Shown here: positions 26,818 to 34,270 of the stretch, piece after piece | Position numbering within the stretch: position 1 is the first letter of the stretch | Layout: every line of letters begins with the position of its first letter | Source of the DNA: an uncultured archaeon | Lineage (GTDB): Archaea > Iainarchaeota > Iainarchaeia > Iainarchaeales > Iainarchaeaceae | Direction of reading: 5' to 3' | Length of the DNA: 64,000 bases | Assembly: GCA_964373815.1 (NCBI GenBank) | Contig: CAYJWI010000001.1 | Coordinates: 7,885 to 71,884 of the forward strand | Position numbers and translations under genes: made by a program | Notes under the pieces: model-generated | What the model saw: the letters and a program-made list of their open reading frames with translations, nothing else | Database searches by the model: none | Told to the model about the DNA's origin: nothing

Positions 26818-27523
26818 AAACAAGGAGCACTTTCTGGACACAAGCGTAATGCTTGCTAGGGTTACTTACTGGAAGCCCGAGGACGCGCATAGGAACGCGA
26901 AGAAGTATTTTCTGGATTCGCGCTACAACAAGTGCACCAGCATTCGCGTTGTCGGGGAAGCCAAAGGGGTAATGAACTCATCGAGGCAGGTTATTGGAAA
27001 GGCTTTGCTCTGGCTCTTTGAGAACCAGTCCGGCATGTCTGCTATGAATTTTGAGGGCTGGGCTGTACGCGCAACTAGTGGCTTGTTCGACAGGCCTTTT
27101 GAGCAGAGGATTTGCAAATCGTTCATCCAGAACTGTGGCCCGGATATACTTTCGGCTATTTCGGGAAGCAGGGAAAACCTTGACCAGTTCCTTGGGAAAA
27201 TCCGTTCCGAGATTGGGCACAGCTACAATGACTTGCAGACCTTGTGCGCGAACAACCCTGGGTCGGCAATTGCAAGGCATGATGACTGTCCTGTAACCTA
27301 CACCTCCATGTACTCGGGCGAATTCCAGGCTATATCTACTGCCCTGAACCACGACAAGGATTCTCTCATAGTGATGGATTCATACTTCGTTTCAAAGAAA
27401 ATCCGGCAGCGGGTTTCCCTGGTTACGCTTGACAGGGAGCACATGCTCTCAAACAAAGCCAAAATAGAGGCTGCCCTTTCAACCGTAAAGGTCTGCGATT
27501 TCGGCGCTTACCAGTCTCAGTAA
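26810..27523 (+). CDS. PIN-like domain protein
   Basis: Start taken at MNENKEH. FLDTSVM (first acidic residue), VVGEAKG, VMDSYF and LVTLDREH give PIN-like spacing of acidic residues around a large helical insert. Confidence 0.45.
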   Translation: MNENKEHFLDTSVMLARVTYWKPEDAHRNAKKYFLDSRYNKCTSIRVVGEAKGVMNSSRQVIGKALLWLFENQSGMSAMNFEGWAVRATSGLFDRPFEQRICKSFIQNCGPDILSAISGSRENLDQFLGKIRSEIGHSYNDLQTLCANNPGSAIARHDDCPVTYTSMYSGEFQAISTALNHDKDSLIVMDSYFVSKKIRQRVSLVTLDREHMLSNKAKIEAALSTVKVCDFGAYQSQ

Positions 27524-27948
27524 TCGTTTTCTCCTGTCTGGTTCGCGTTCCATTCAATCCGCTTTATTACCGGATATTTTGGCCGACCATACGGCTTGCG
27601 TTTGCGCTTTTCCCGGCGCTCCGGAATGCTTACAGCTTCACCATCTTCGAGAATAAATTTTCCGATGCAGGTTCTTTTTCCTGCCTTGCTTCTCCATGGT
27701 TTGAGGTAGTATCTTTCCTTTCGTTGGTTGCTGTAAGCGTACTGTGGCCGGCCCACTTTATTTTTCCGATTCTTTCTTTTTTGCGTATAGCTCGCATAGC
27801 AATAGCTCCAGAGGTAGTAAACCCCGTCTGGAAATTCTCCGAAGGTTTGCTCGAGCCAGTTCCTGAAGTCGATTTTATCCGTCCATCGGTTCACTGGGAA
27901 ATCTTCGGGCGGAATTTCTGCGAGCGGGTTGCTCAAGTCAACCATCAT
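27517..27948 (-). CDS. highly basic hypothetical protein
   Basis: 143-aa ORF rich in K, R and Y (KRKNRKNKVGRPQYAY, ERREKRKRKPYGRPKYP). Start overlaps the upstream 63-aa ORF by 4 nt. Confidence 0.5.
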   Translation of the reverse strand: MMVDLSNPLAEIPPEDFPVNRWTDKIDFRNWLEQTFGEFPDGVYYLWSYCYASYTQKRKNRKNKVGRPQYAYSNQRKERYYLKPWRSKAGKRTCIGKFILEDGEAVSIPERREKRKRKPYGRPKYPVIKRIEWNANQTGENDY

Positions 27949-28136
27949 GGGCCAGCCGGATAGGTTCTTTGTTTTTTGAGTTGATGGGGGCGCCGGCCAT
28001 ACAAAGAGTCGATGTCAAGCCTGTTTTGTTCTATGGCCTTGACTGTATTTATGCATTGCCGGCCCCTTTTGTGCATGTCATACTCCTGATCGAATACCGA
28101 GAAGTCGAATTGCTCTTGCTTTGTAATTTCTTGCAT
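27945..28136 (-). CDS. 63-aa hypothetical protein
   Basis: Its N-terminal 34 codons and upstream region lie inside the 194-bp repeat. Translationally coupled to the basic protein gene. Confidence 0.45.
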   Translation of the reverse strand: MQEITKQEQFDFSVFDQEYDMHKRGRQCINTVKAIEQNRLDIDSLYGRRPHQLKKQRTYPAGP

Positions 28137-28227
28137 TTTTTGGTTCCCCGAAAGATTATAGTCCTCCGCTAACGTGGACGCTTATTATACTTTCGGATTC
28201 GAACTGAATGCATACTCGCGGAGGACG
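28034..28227. repeat. 194-bp exact direct repeat, copy 2
   Basis: Identical to 25452-25645. The last 11 nt are tRNA-Ser(UGA) positions 63-73. Confidence 0.9.
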
Positions 28228-28300
28228 AGATTCGAACTCGCGCCCCCTTTCGGGGACCTGGTCTCAAGCCAGGCGCGTTGGACCGCTCCGCCACCTCCGC
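28217..28300 (-). tRNA. tRNA-Ser(UGA), class II
   Basis: GCGGAGG-TG-GCG..CGC-G-CCTGG-CTTGAGA-CCAGG, variable arm TCCCCGAAAGGGGGC, GCGAG-TTCGAAT-CTCGT, CCTCCGC-G. 84 nt. Confidence 0.85.
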
Positions 28301-28410
28301 AATTTTTTTCTTTCTCTTGGGAAGAAAAGAAACCCTCACAAACATATGTTTGTGGGGCACAGCAGAATAAAAATTCTGCTGTGAAACGTTGATTAAAAAA
28401 GAAAAGAAAC
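28301..28410. repeat. tRNA-flanking polypyrimidine/polypurine element, copy 2
   Basis: TTTTTTTCTTTCTCTTGGGAAGAAAAGAAA (28303-28331) and AAACGTTGATTAAAAAAGAAAAGAAAC (28384-28410). Two strong hairpins lie between them, CCTCACAAACATATGTTTGTGGGG and CACAGCAGAATAAAAATTCTGCTGTG. Confidence 0.6.
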
Positions 28411-28463
28411 CCCTGCGAAAAGAATGCTGAAATAAGAGGCTTTGAAAACCATTAAAAGGCTTG

Positions 28464-29159
28464 TCAATCAATTTCCCGCAGCTCCTCAACCGCCCTTGCA
28501 ATCCCTTTTGGATGGCTGAATATGAATGTCCCGGCTGCAAGCACATCCGCCCCCGCGGCAATGCATTTTTTCCCTGTTTGGGCGTTTATCCCGCCGTCGA
28601 CCTCTATGCTGCACCCAAACCCTTCCTCGTCGATTTTTCCCCCCAGCGCGCGGATTTTTTCAATGGCTTTCGGGTTGAATCCCTGGCCCCCGAAACCCGC
28701 ATCGACGCTCATCACAAGGCATAGGTCAACATTGGGGAGAAACGGGAAAACTTTTTCTGCAGGGGTTTTGTTGTTGATTGCAATCCCAGCCTTCATCCCG
28801 CTGCTTTCGATTAGTTCTATTATTTCCAGCGGCTTTTCAGTCGCCTCAATGTGGAAAATTGCAAGCCCACTCCCCGCTTCCGATATTTCCTCAAGGTAGT
28901 TTTCCGGCTTGAATGCCATTATGTGGGTTTCAAAAAATATTTTTGTTTTGCCCCTCAGTTCCTGCATCTGCTCGATTTTCACGCCGGCATTCGGCACGTA
29001 CTTGTTGTCCATTATGTCCCAGTGCAGCCTGTCCACCCCGGCTTTCCCGAGTTCCGCGAGCCACTTTTCCCATTTGGAGAAGTCGGCATTGAGCACCGAA
29101 GCAGAGATTTCCGGCATGAAACTAATAGGCTTCCCCGCCTTTAAAATCATTGCCTTCAC
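28464..29159 (-). CDS. rpe: ribulose-phosphate 3-epimerase
   Basis: 231-aa ORF with HWDIMDNKYVPN, HIEATE and MSVDAGFGGQGF. Confidence 0.85.
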   Translation of the reverse strand: MKAMILKAGKPISFMPEISASVLNADFSKWEKWLAELGKAGVDRLHWDIMDNKYVPNAGVKIEQMQELRGKTKIFFETHIMAFKPENYLEEISEAGSGLAIFHIEATEKPLEIIELIESSGMKAGIAINNKTPAEKVFPFLPNVDLCLVMSVDAGFGGQGFNPKAIEKIRALGGKIDEEGFGCSIEVDGGINAQTGKKCIAAGADVLAAGTFIFSHPKGIARAVEELREID

Positions 29160-29986
29160 TCCAGCATTTCCGCGTTATCAATCCCGAGGCCGTCATTCGG
29201 GACAGAGCAGTATGCAATCCATTTCCCCAGTTTTTTTGAAAAGCACTTCGAGCGCACTTCGCCTACAGGCTCGCTGTTGCGCAGAATGCTTTGCGGCTCT
29301 TTTTCAAATGCAAGGCGCACGAGCCTTTTGGGCGGCTTTCCGCGGTGCATTATTTTCACGGTTATCTCCTGGCCGAGGAAACACCCTTTGGTGAATGAGA
29401 CCGCGCCCTTCCAGTCCGTGTTCATTATCATTTCCGAGTCGAACTCCTTTCCCTGCATGGAAACCCCGTTCTCGAGGCAGTAGCAGTAGAATCCCTCTTC
29501 GCCCATTTTCCGCAAGCCCTGCGGCGGGTTTTCGGAGAGGAGTATGGAGCCGCCTTTTTCCGGGATTTTTATTTCCGCTGCCTCCCGCTTGGTTTCAAGA
29601 TTTCCAGCATGGGGTTTTCCAAGCTGGGTTGCAGGAGCATCGCCGTTTTTTTCCTCTTTTTCGGCGCTCCTCTTATTTTCTGATTCCTGCGCAATGAAAA
29701 AAGCCTTGAGATTTGTCTCCTTCGCCTCCACTTTCCCGAGCCGCAGGTGCAGCCCCGCGTGCTCCCTGAACCTTTGCAAAAATTGTTTGTTGAATGTGAT
29801 GTGCGCCCCTCCGCTCGCAGAGAATTTCTGGTAAAAGACGATGACTATTTTTCCGTAAACATCGATGAGCGCGTTCCTGCTTGCGGACTCGGTGTTAGTG
29901 GCTATCCCTGCAAAGAGTTTTTGCACGTTTCCTGTAAGCTTGAGCACGCAAAAGGGAAGTTCAAAATAGGCATTCATAAAAAGCAC
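29156..29986 (-). CDS. YgfZ/GcvT-like folate-binding protein
   Basis: 276-aa ORF. FTKGCFLGQEITVKIMHRGKPPKRLV matches the YgfZ KGC(Y/F)xGQE signature. Contains a charged low-complexity insert. Confidence 0.6.
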   Translation of the reverse strand: MLFMNAYFELPFCVLKLTGNVQKLFAGIATNTESASRNALIDVYGKIVIVFYQKFSASGGAHITFNKQFLQRFREHAGLHLRLGKVEAKETNLKAFFIAQESENKRSAEKEEKNGDAPATQLGKPHAGNLETKREAAEIKIPEKGGSILLSENPPQGLRKMGEEGFYCYCLENGVSMQGKEFDSEMIMNTDWKGAVSFTKGCFLGQEITVKIMHRGKPPKRLVRLAFEKEPQSILRNSEPVGEVRSKCFSKKLGKWIAYCSVPNDGLGIDNAEMLE

Positions 29987-30101
29987 TTGTGGGCAACTTT
30001 TAAATAAGGCTTGCGGGAAAACAAAGGGCTATACATAACAAAAACTATGTTTAAATATTCAATCCCACAAGTTCAATAGAATAGCGTTTTTGGTGTTTTG
30101 A

Positions 30102-30275
30102 ATGGTTTTCGTGAACTTGGACAAGAAGGCCCCGAAAGTCTCGCCGAGCCCTTACCAGAAGCAGTACAAGTGCGTCAACTGCGGCACAGTAATAGACAAC
30201 CCTTTCGGCAGCATTGACGCAAGAAGGTTTTGCAGCACAAGGTGCAGGAACGAGTACTTCGGCCCGCAGCTTTGA
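30102..30275 (+). CDS. 57-aa zinc-ribbon protein (DUF2116-like), not in the ORF track
   Basis: Translation is MVFVNLDKKAPKVSPSPYQKQYKCVNCGTVIDNPFGSIDARRFCSTRCRNEYFGPQL, with CxxC...FCSxxC spacing. Confidence 0.45.
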   Translation: MVFVNLDKKAPKVSPSPYQKQYKCVNCGTVIDNPFGSIDARRFCSTRCRNEYFGPQL

Positions 30276-30347
30276 AGCCTGATTTTGTAATTCCGCGCCA
30301 ACCCTGAATAATAATGCTTATATAGGACTTTAGGGTTATTTTGGTCA

Positions 30348-32735
30348 ATGAAAAAGCAATCCCTCCCAATACTTGCGTTAGCCCTTTTTTTCTCAATAGG
30401 TTTTGCCTACTCCGCGCAGCCTCAAAGCGGGCGAGTTTTGCCAGCAGATGGGCAGGGCGAGCCGGCAGGTGAACAAGGCGGGCCGGCAGATGGGCAAGGC
30501 TTGCCAGAAGGTTTCCCGAATTATGGCCAGGGCCAACCCGGCTCCCCGCCGCTTCCTTACAATGGCGGAAGTGAAGGCGGGTTCGACGGAGGGCCTGGCT
30601 TCAACGGCGGATTTGAAGGCGGCGGCAATGGCGGAATGGGGCCAGGCGGTTTTGATGGAGGGCTCAGGGGGAACTTCGATTTTGGTTTCGGGATTGGGGA
30701 GTCAAGCTTTGCCGACACAAAGCATGCGGGGGAGCAAAAAGTCGTTGAAAACATGACCGCGGTTTATGACTGGATTTCGCTAAACAGCACAAAGTTTGTC
30801 GAGGGGTGCAAGACCGACAGGGTTGCCCTTTCAGCGGAATTGGTCGGCATCATCACGCAGTCGCAGCAAGCCTCCTCCGTTTGCAAAAAGCTCGAACAGG
30901 AAGCCGGCGAGTGCAATGCAGATTCATTCTGCTCAAGGTTCAGCGCAGGCGAGATCCCTTTCCCGCCGGGGGTAAAGTCAGCCCTCAAAAAAGCGGGCAT
31001 TGACACTTCCACCATCACCGTTGATTCTTTCAATGAAGATTTTGCGCTGAAAATGTGCCTCTCCTTCAGCAAGCCTGAAATCGAAAAGCAAAAGCAGAAA
31101 ACCGAGAAGGCGAAGGTGAAGATAAAAGAGCAGCTCCCGTCGTTTAGGGAAAAATGCGCCAAGCTAAAAGAGTTCAGGGAGAAAGGTGAAGAGTATGAAT
31201 TCAGGCTCCCGGATTTCGGGGTACCGCAATCCCAAGGATACGGGCCGCAAGGCCAGGGGCCACCGTGCCAATCTTCACCGCCGAACTGCCCGGGAGGGGC
31301 TAGGTCCTCATGCACCCCCAATGGCTGGGTGTGCGGCCAGCCGGATTATCCACAGCAGCAAAACGATTACAGGCCGGAGCAGCAGTACCAGCGTGAAGGG
31401 ATGCCGCCGAATGATTACAGGCCGCCAGAGCAGCATTATACACAGCCGGCAGAAAACCGTTCAGATTCATCCCAGCCAGCACCAGAGCAAGCTCCAGCCC
31501 CCTCCCCAGAGCCTGCTCCCAGTGCGCCTGCCCCTTCAGGCGATTCAGGGACAGCCCAGACAGCCCACGGCGTAAACGCTAGGGTAAAACCAACAGGATT
31601 TGCAAGTGTTGAAGGGGGGAGCCAGCCACAAGGTTCGCCCGAACCTTCTCCGCAGCAAGGTTACAGAGCAGAGCCATATTCGGGTGGGGCGCCGCCGCAG
31701 GGTTATGGCGGCCAGCCATACCAGGGAGCACCACCACAGGGAGATTATGGCAGGCAGCAGTATCCGGGAGGCTCTGGGTCTCAGGGCTTCGGAAGGGATA
31801 ATGGTTATCCACAACAGCAGGGGTTTGGAGGAAATTTCCCGCAAAATTATGGAAGGCCACCTGAAAACTTCGGGTTCGGAGGTCCGCAAGGCTACGGCCC
31901 GCAAGGCCCACAAGGCCAGCAAGGTTATGGGCCACAAGGCCCGCAGGGTCAGCAGGGCTACGGTCCGCAGGGAGGCCCGGGCTTTGGCTTTGGTGGCCCA
32001 CAAGGGTATGGGGGGCCACAGGGTTATGGCCCACAAGGCCCGCAGGGAGGCCCTGGTGGGGGGCCACATGGAGGTTATGGCGGCGGCCCGGGCTCGCCCG
32101 AACAGCTATGCGAACTTTCAGATGATGAGCTTGTAGAGGAATTCACTTCGCAGTACAGCAATTTCGGCCCCAAAGAGGAAGACCTGGAGAAGATATGCAG
32201 GAAGGAATCCGGAAAAATCGTTGCCGACATGCAGAGGTTCAGGCTCGGGATTGCGGAGTGCAAGGCAAGTGTTGCCGTCCAGTGCGCCTCGAAGCAGGAA
32301 GCCGCAAAGAACTGCGCAAGCATTCAGGACAACCCGGAGGAGATAAGCAGGGTCATGGTGGAAAAGATGTGCAGGCGCTTCGGCGTTCCCGCTGCGGCAA
32401 AGGCTGACAATGAACTCTACAAGGTGGCAAGCAGGTGGTATGATTCAGACCCGGCACTCGCGGACCAGCTCGGCGACACCGCTGACAAGAGCACTGTAGA
32501 CAAGAAGAAGCTTGGCATAATGAGTTACCTGTTCGGTGACGGGGATTACGGCGCAAAGCTCAAGACAAGGGCCGCAGAGCTAAGGACAGTAATAGAGAAA
32601 CTCAAGGCCGCAGGAGTGAATGACGCGGAAACAGTTTCAGTGCTCGAATCGCAGGCGCAGTCATTCGATGCTGAAGGGGCAAAGTTCAGCAACTTCTTCG
32701 ACATCTCAAGGCTGGGCGGCCTGTTCGGCGGATAG
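30348..32735 (+). CDS. secreted protein with G/P/Q/Y-rich low-complexity regions and two Cys-containing helical domains
   Basis: 795-aa ORF with signal peptide MKKQSLPILALALFFSIGFAYSA. Tandem QGYGPQGPQGQ repeats lie at about 31880-32070. Structured Cys-bearing segments flank the repeats. Confidence 0.7.
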   Translation: MKKQSLPILALALFFSIGFAYSAQPQSGRVLPADGQGEPAGEQGGPADGQGLPEGFPNYGQGQPGSPPLPYNGGSEGGFDGGPGFNGGFEGGGNGGMGPGGFDGGLRGNFDFGFGIGESSFADTKHAGEQKVVENMTAVYDWISLNSTKFVEGCKTDRVALSAELVGIITQSQQASSVCKKLEQEAGECNADSFCSRFSAGEIPFPPGVKSALKKAGIDTSTITVDSFNEDFALKMCLSFSKPEIEKQKQKTEKAKVKIKEQLPSFREKCAKLKEFREKGEEYEFRLPDFGVPQSQGYGPQGQGPPCQSSPPNCPGGARSSCTPNGWVCGQPDYPQQQNDYRPEQQYQREGMPPNDYRPPEQHYTQPAENRSDSSQPAPEQAPAPSPEPAPSAPAPSGDSGTAQTAHGVNARVKPTGFASVEGGSQPQGSPEPSPQQGYRAEPYSGGAPPQGYGGQPYQGAPPQGDYGRQQYPGGSGSQGFGRDNGYPQQQGFGGNFPQNYGRPPENFGFGGPQGYGPQGPQGQQGYGPQGPQGQQGYGPQGGPGFGFGGPQGYGGPQGYGPQGPQGGPGGGPHGGYGGGPGSPEQLCELSDDELVEEFTSQYSNFGPKEEDLEKICRKESGKIVADMQRFRLGIAECKASVAVQCASKQEAAKNCASIQDNPEEISRVMVEKMCRRFGVPAAAKADNELYKVASRWYDSDPALADQLGDTADKSTVDKKKLGIMSYLFGDGDYGAKLKTRAAELRTVIEKLKAAGVNDAETVSVLESQAQSFDAEGAKFSNFFDISRLGGLFGG

Positions 32736-32767
32736 TGCCTAAGAATTAAGCTTCCAGAATGCCCGGC

Positions 32768-33055
32768 TTACCAATGTTTTGGCCCAAGGCCTGCGGCCCA
32801 TGAATTCCGGAAAATAAATGGCGCGGGGAATGAGCCACCAACCGTCTTTTTTATGCGCCCTATCGTGCTGTTTTTGGTTCGAAATACCCATAGGTTGTCC
32901 GGGTCGTTGTTGCCTTTGTCCCTGTCCATGTGGTGGACGACTTCGCCTCTTCTTAGTGGCCTGCTGAGCTTGTCTTCTGCGACCCATCTGTGTATTGGTG
33001 TTCCGCTGTCTGAGAATCTCCTGTACCCTTTCTTGTCATAATAGTAATCTGCCAT
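32768..33055 (-). CDS. HNH endonuclease
   Basis: 95-aa ORF with GEVVHHMDRDKGNNDPDNLWVF. The last ~18 codons lie beyond the putative element boundary. Confidence 0.7.
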   Translation of the reverse strand: MADYYYDKKGYRRFSDSGTPIHRWVAEDKLSRPLRRGEVVHHMDRDKGNNDPDNLWVFRTKNSTIGRIKKTVGGSFPAPFIFRNSWAAGLGPKHW

Positions 33056-33071
33056 TTTAAAACCTCCAAAT

Positions 33072-33539
33072 GTGATGGGTTTTCTAGGATTTTTATTTGA
33101 ATTGAGGGTTCGGTGCCGGTGCGGGATATGTATAAATATTGGGTTTGCTGATTGTTTTTTTATGGATGAATATTCAAAGATGAGGACGGCAGTGTTGCAA
33201 AGTGAACTAGAAAAACAACAGTTGCATCTTGGTATGATTTCGCTTAATTTTAATACAAATCAAGTTGGCACTCCTGCCGAGGCGGAGAGGTATGATAAGG
33301 GGATAATTCGCAGGATAAAAACGGTTTCCGGAAGGCTTGTTAGTATTCTTGAAGAATTGAGGGAAAGGAACCAGACAGTTAAAATTGCTAACCTTACACA
33401 TTGGCACCCGGTTGTACAGGTAACATTTGCAGCCAAATTAAGAGCCAGCAAGTACCCCCTAATTTCACAACTTGGACAAGGGGTCAAACCGATATTTACA
33501 AAGCACCCGAAGCTACCGCCGCATAACCGGAGATTTTAA
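33072..33539 (+). CDS. hypothetical protein
   Basis: 155-aa ORF, likely starting at the internal MDEYSKM. No motif recognised. Confidence 0.3.
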   Translation: MMGFLGFLFELRVRCRCGICINIGFADCFFMDEYSKMRTAVLQSELEKQQLHLGMISLNFNTNQVGTPAEAERYDKGIIRRIKTVSGRLVSILEELRERNQTVKIANLTHWHPVVQVTFAAKLRASKYPLISQLGQGVKPIFTKHPKLPPHNRRF

Positions 33540-33540
33540 A

Positions 33541-33786
33541 CTAATTTTTTTCTTGAAGCTTCTTCTCCAGTTCAATCATCATGCTAACCAGAATCACGTG
33601 CATGCTCGTAAGTTTGAGCGTGTCGAAGTGTTTGATTAACCGCGGGACAGAGAGACCGTTGAGCTTGTTGTATGTGTAGAACTTTTGAATGAGTTCTTTG
33701 TTCTCTTTGGACATTTCCAAAGTGGATTCGAGCCAGGCCAATCGCCTGGCCAAATCCCTTTCGTAGGAATGTATGTATTGTTTCAT
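33541..33786 (-). pseudogene. N-terminal fragment of a tyrosine-recombinase-type integrase
   Basis: 81-aa ORF. YERDLARRL..MSKENKELIQKFYTYNKLNGLSVPRLIKHFDTLK resembles the N-terminal SAM-like domain of archaeal integrases. No catalytic domain follows. It starts 63 nt from the tRNA 3' end. Confidence 0.45.
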
Positions 33787-33848
33787 GTTGAGTGCCCCCT
33801 ACTCAACCGTACTTTTTAAAAGGGCACCGACTTGAACTGTCGGTAGGA

Positions 33849-33932
33849 CGCGGGGAATGGGATTTGAACCCATGCTCCCGTGAAGGAACACGCTTTCCAG
33901 GCGTGCGCATTAGACCGCTCTGCCATCCCCGC
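33849..33932 (-). tRNA. tRNA-Ser(GGA), class II
   Basis: GCGGGGA-TG-GCA..TGC-G-CACGC-CTGGAAA-GCGTG, variable arm TTCCTTCACGGGAGC, ATGGG-TTCAAAT-CCCAT, TCCCCGC-G. 84 nt. Confidence 0.85.
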
Positions 33933-33990
33933 AACCTTTTTCTTTTCTTTTGGAAAGAAAAGAAAAACGTTGACGAAAAAGAAAAGAAAC
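33933..33990. repeat. tRNA-flanking polypyrimidine/polypurine element, copy 3
   Basis: Perfect 14-bp hairpin TTTTTCTTTTCTTT-TGG-AAAGAAAAGAAAAA (33937-33967), immediately followed by AAACGTTGACGAAAAAGAAAAGAAAC (33965-33990). Confidence 0.6.
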
Positions 33991-34270
33991 TTCTGCCAAC
34001 AAAACTCTTGCCAAAAAGGTATTGCATTTGGCTTGGTTTGAATGAAAAAGTGCCCGGTTAAGGTTAAAAATGTTGATTTGGAACGAAAAAGGCGGGAATT
34101 GCGGCAAATATGAAGAAGGTAAGCCAGGGATCTGCCCTCCTATGAGGAGTCAGTGAACCACTGTATGCAGTATGGCTTACCCCCTTAACTCCCAATACGC
34201 AATACCAATTACGACTTTAGTGTTTAAATATCTTCTCGTGGGGAAAATTTTTTTCGGCGGGCAGCGGAAA

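Larger units (their letters stand above)
25646..28227. mobile_element. integrated mini-element E2 (2,582 bp)
   Basis: Bounded by 11-nt cores. The left end taagatactacaatcagttcaaatcta matches the E1 left end, and the right arm is the 194-bp repeat abutting the intact tRNA-Ser(UGA). Confidence 0.65.
32822..33859. mobile_element. decayed integrated element E3 at tRNA-Ser(GGA)
   Basis: 11-nt direct repeats cgcggggaatg at 32822-32832 and 33849-33859, the latter being tRNA positions 63-73. They enclose an HNH gene, an orphan ORF and a truncated integrase N-terminus. Confidence 0.55.

Noticed and set aside
28169-28561. Track ORFs 28169..28561 (-) and 28174..28392 (+).
   Set aside because: They run through tRNA-Ser(UGA), the att arm and the intergenic hairpin element. 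The translations are low-complexity and the region is better explained by RNA and repeat features.
30403-32136. Multiple long alternative-frame ORFs (30403..30756, 31186..31575, 31545..32069, 31579..32067, 31600..32136) inside the G/P/Q/Y-rich gene.
   Set aside because: Repetitive GC-rich codon periodicity keeps all frames open. Only the 795-aa frame has a signal peptide and structured flanking domains.
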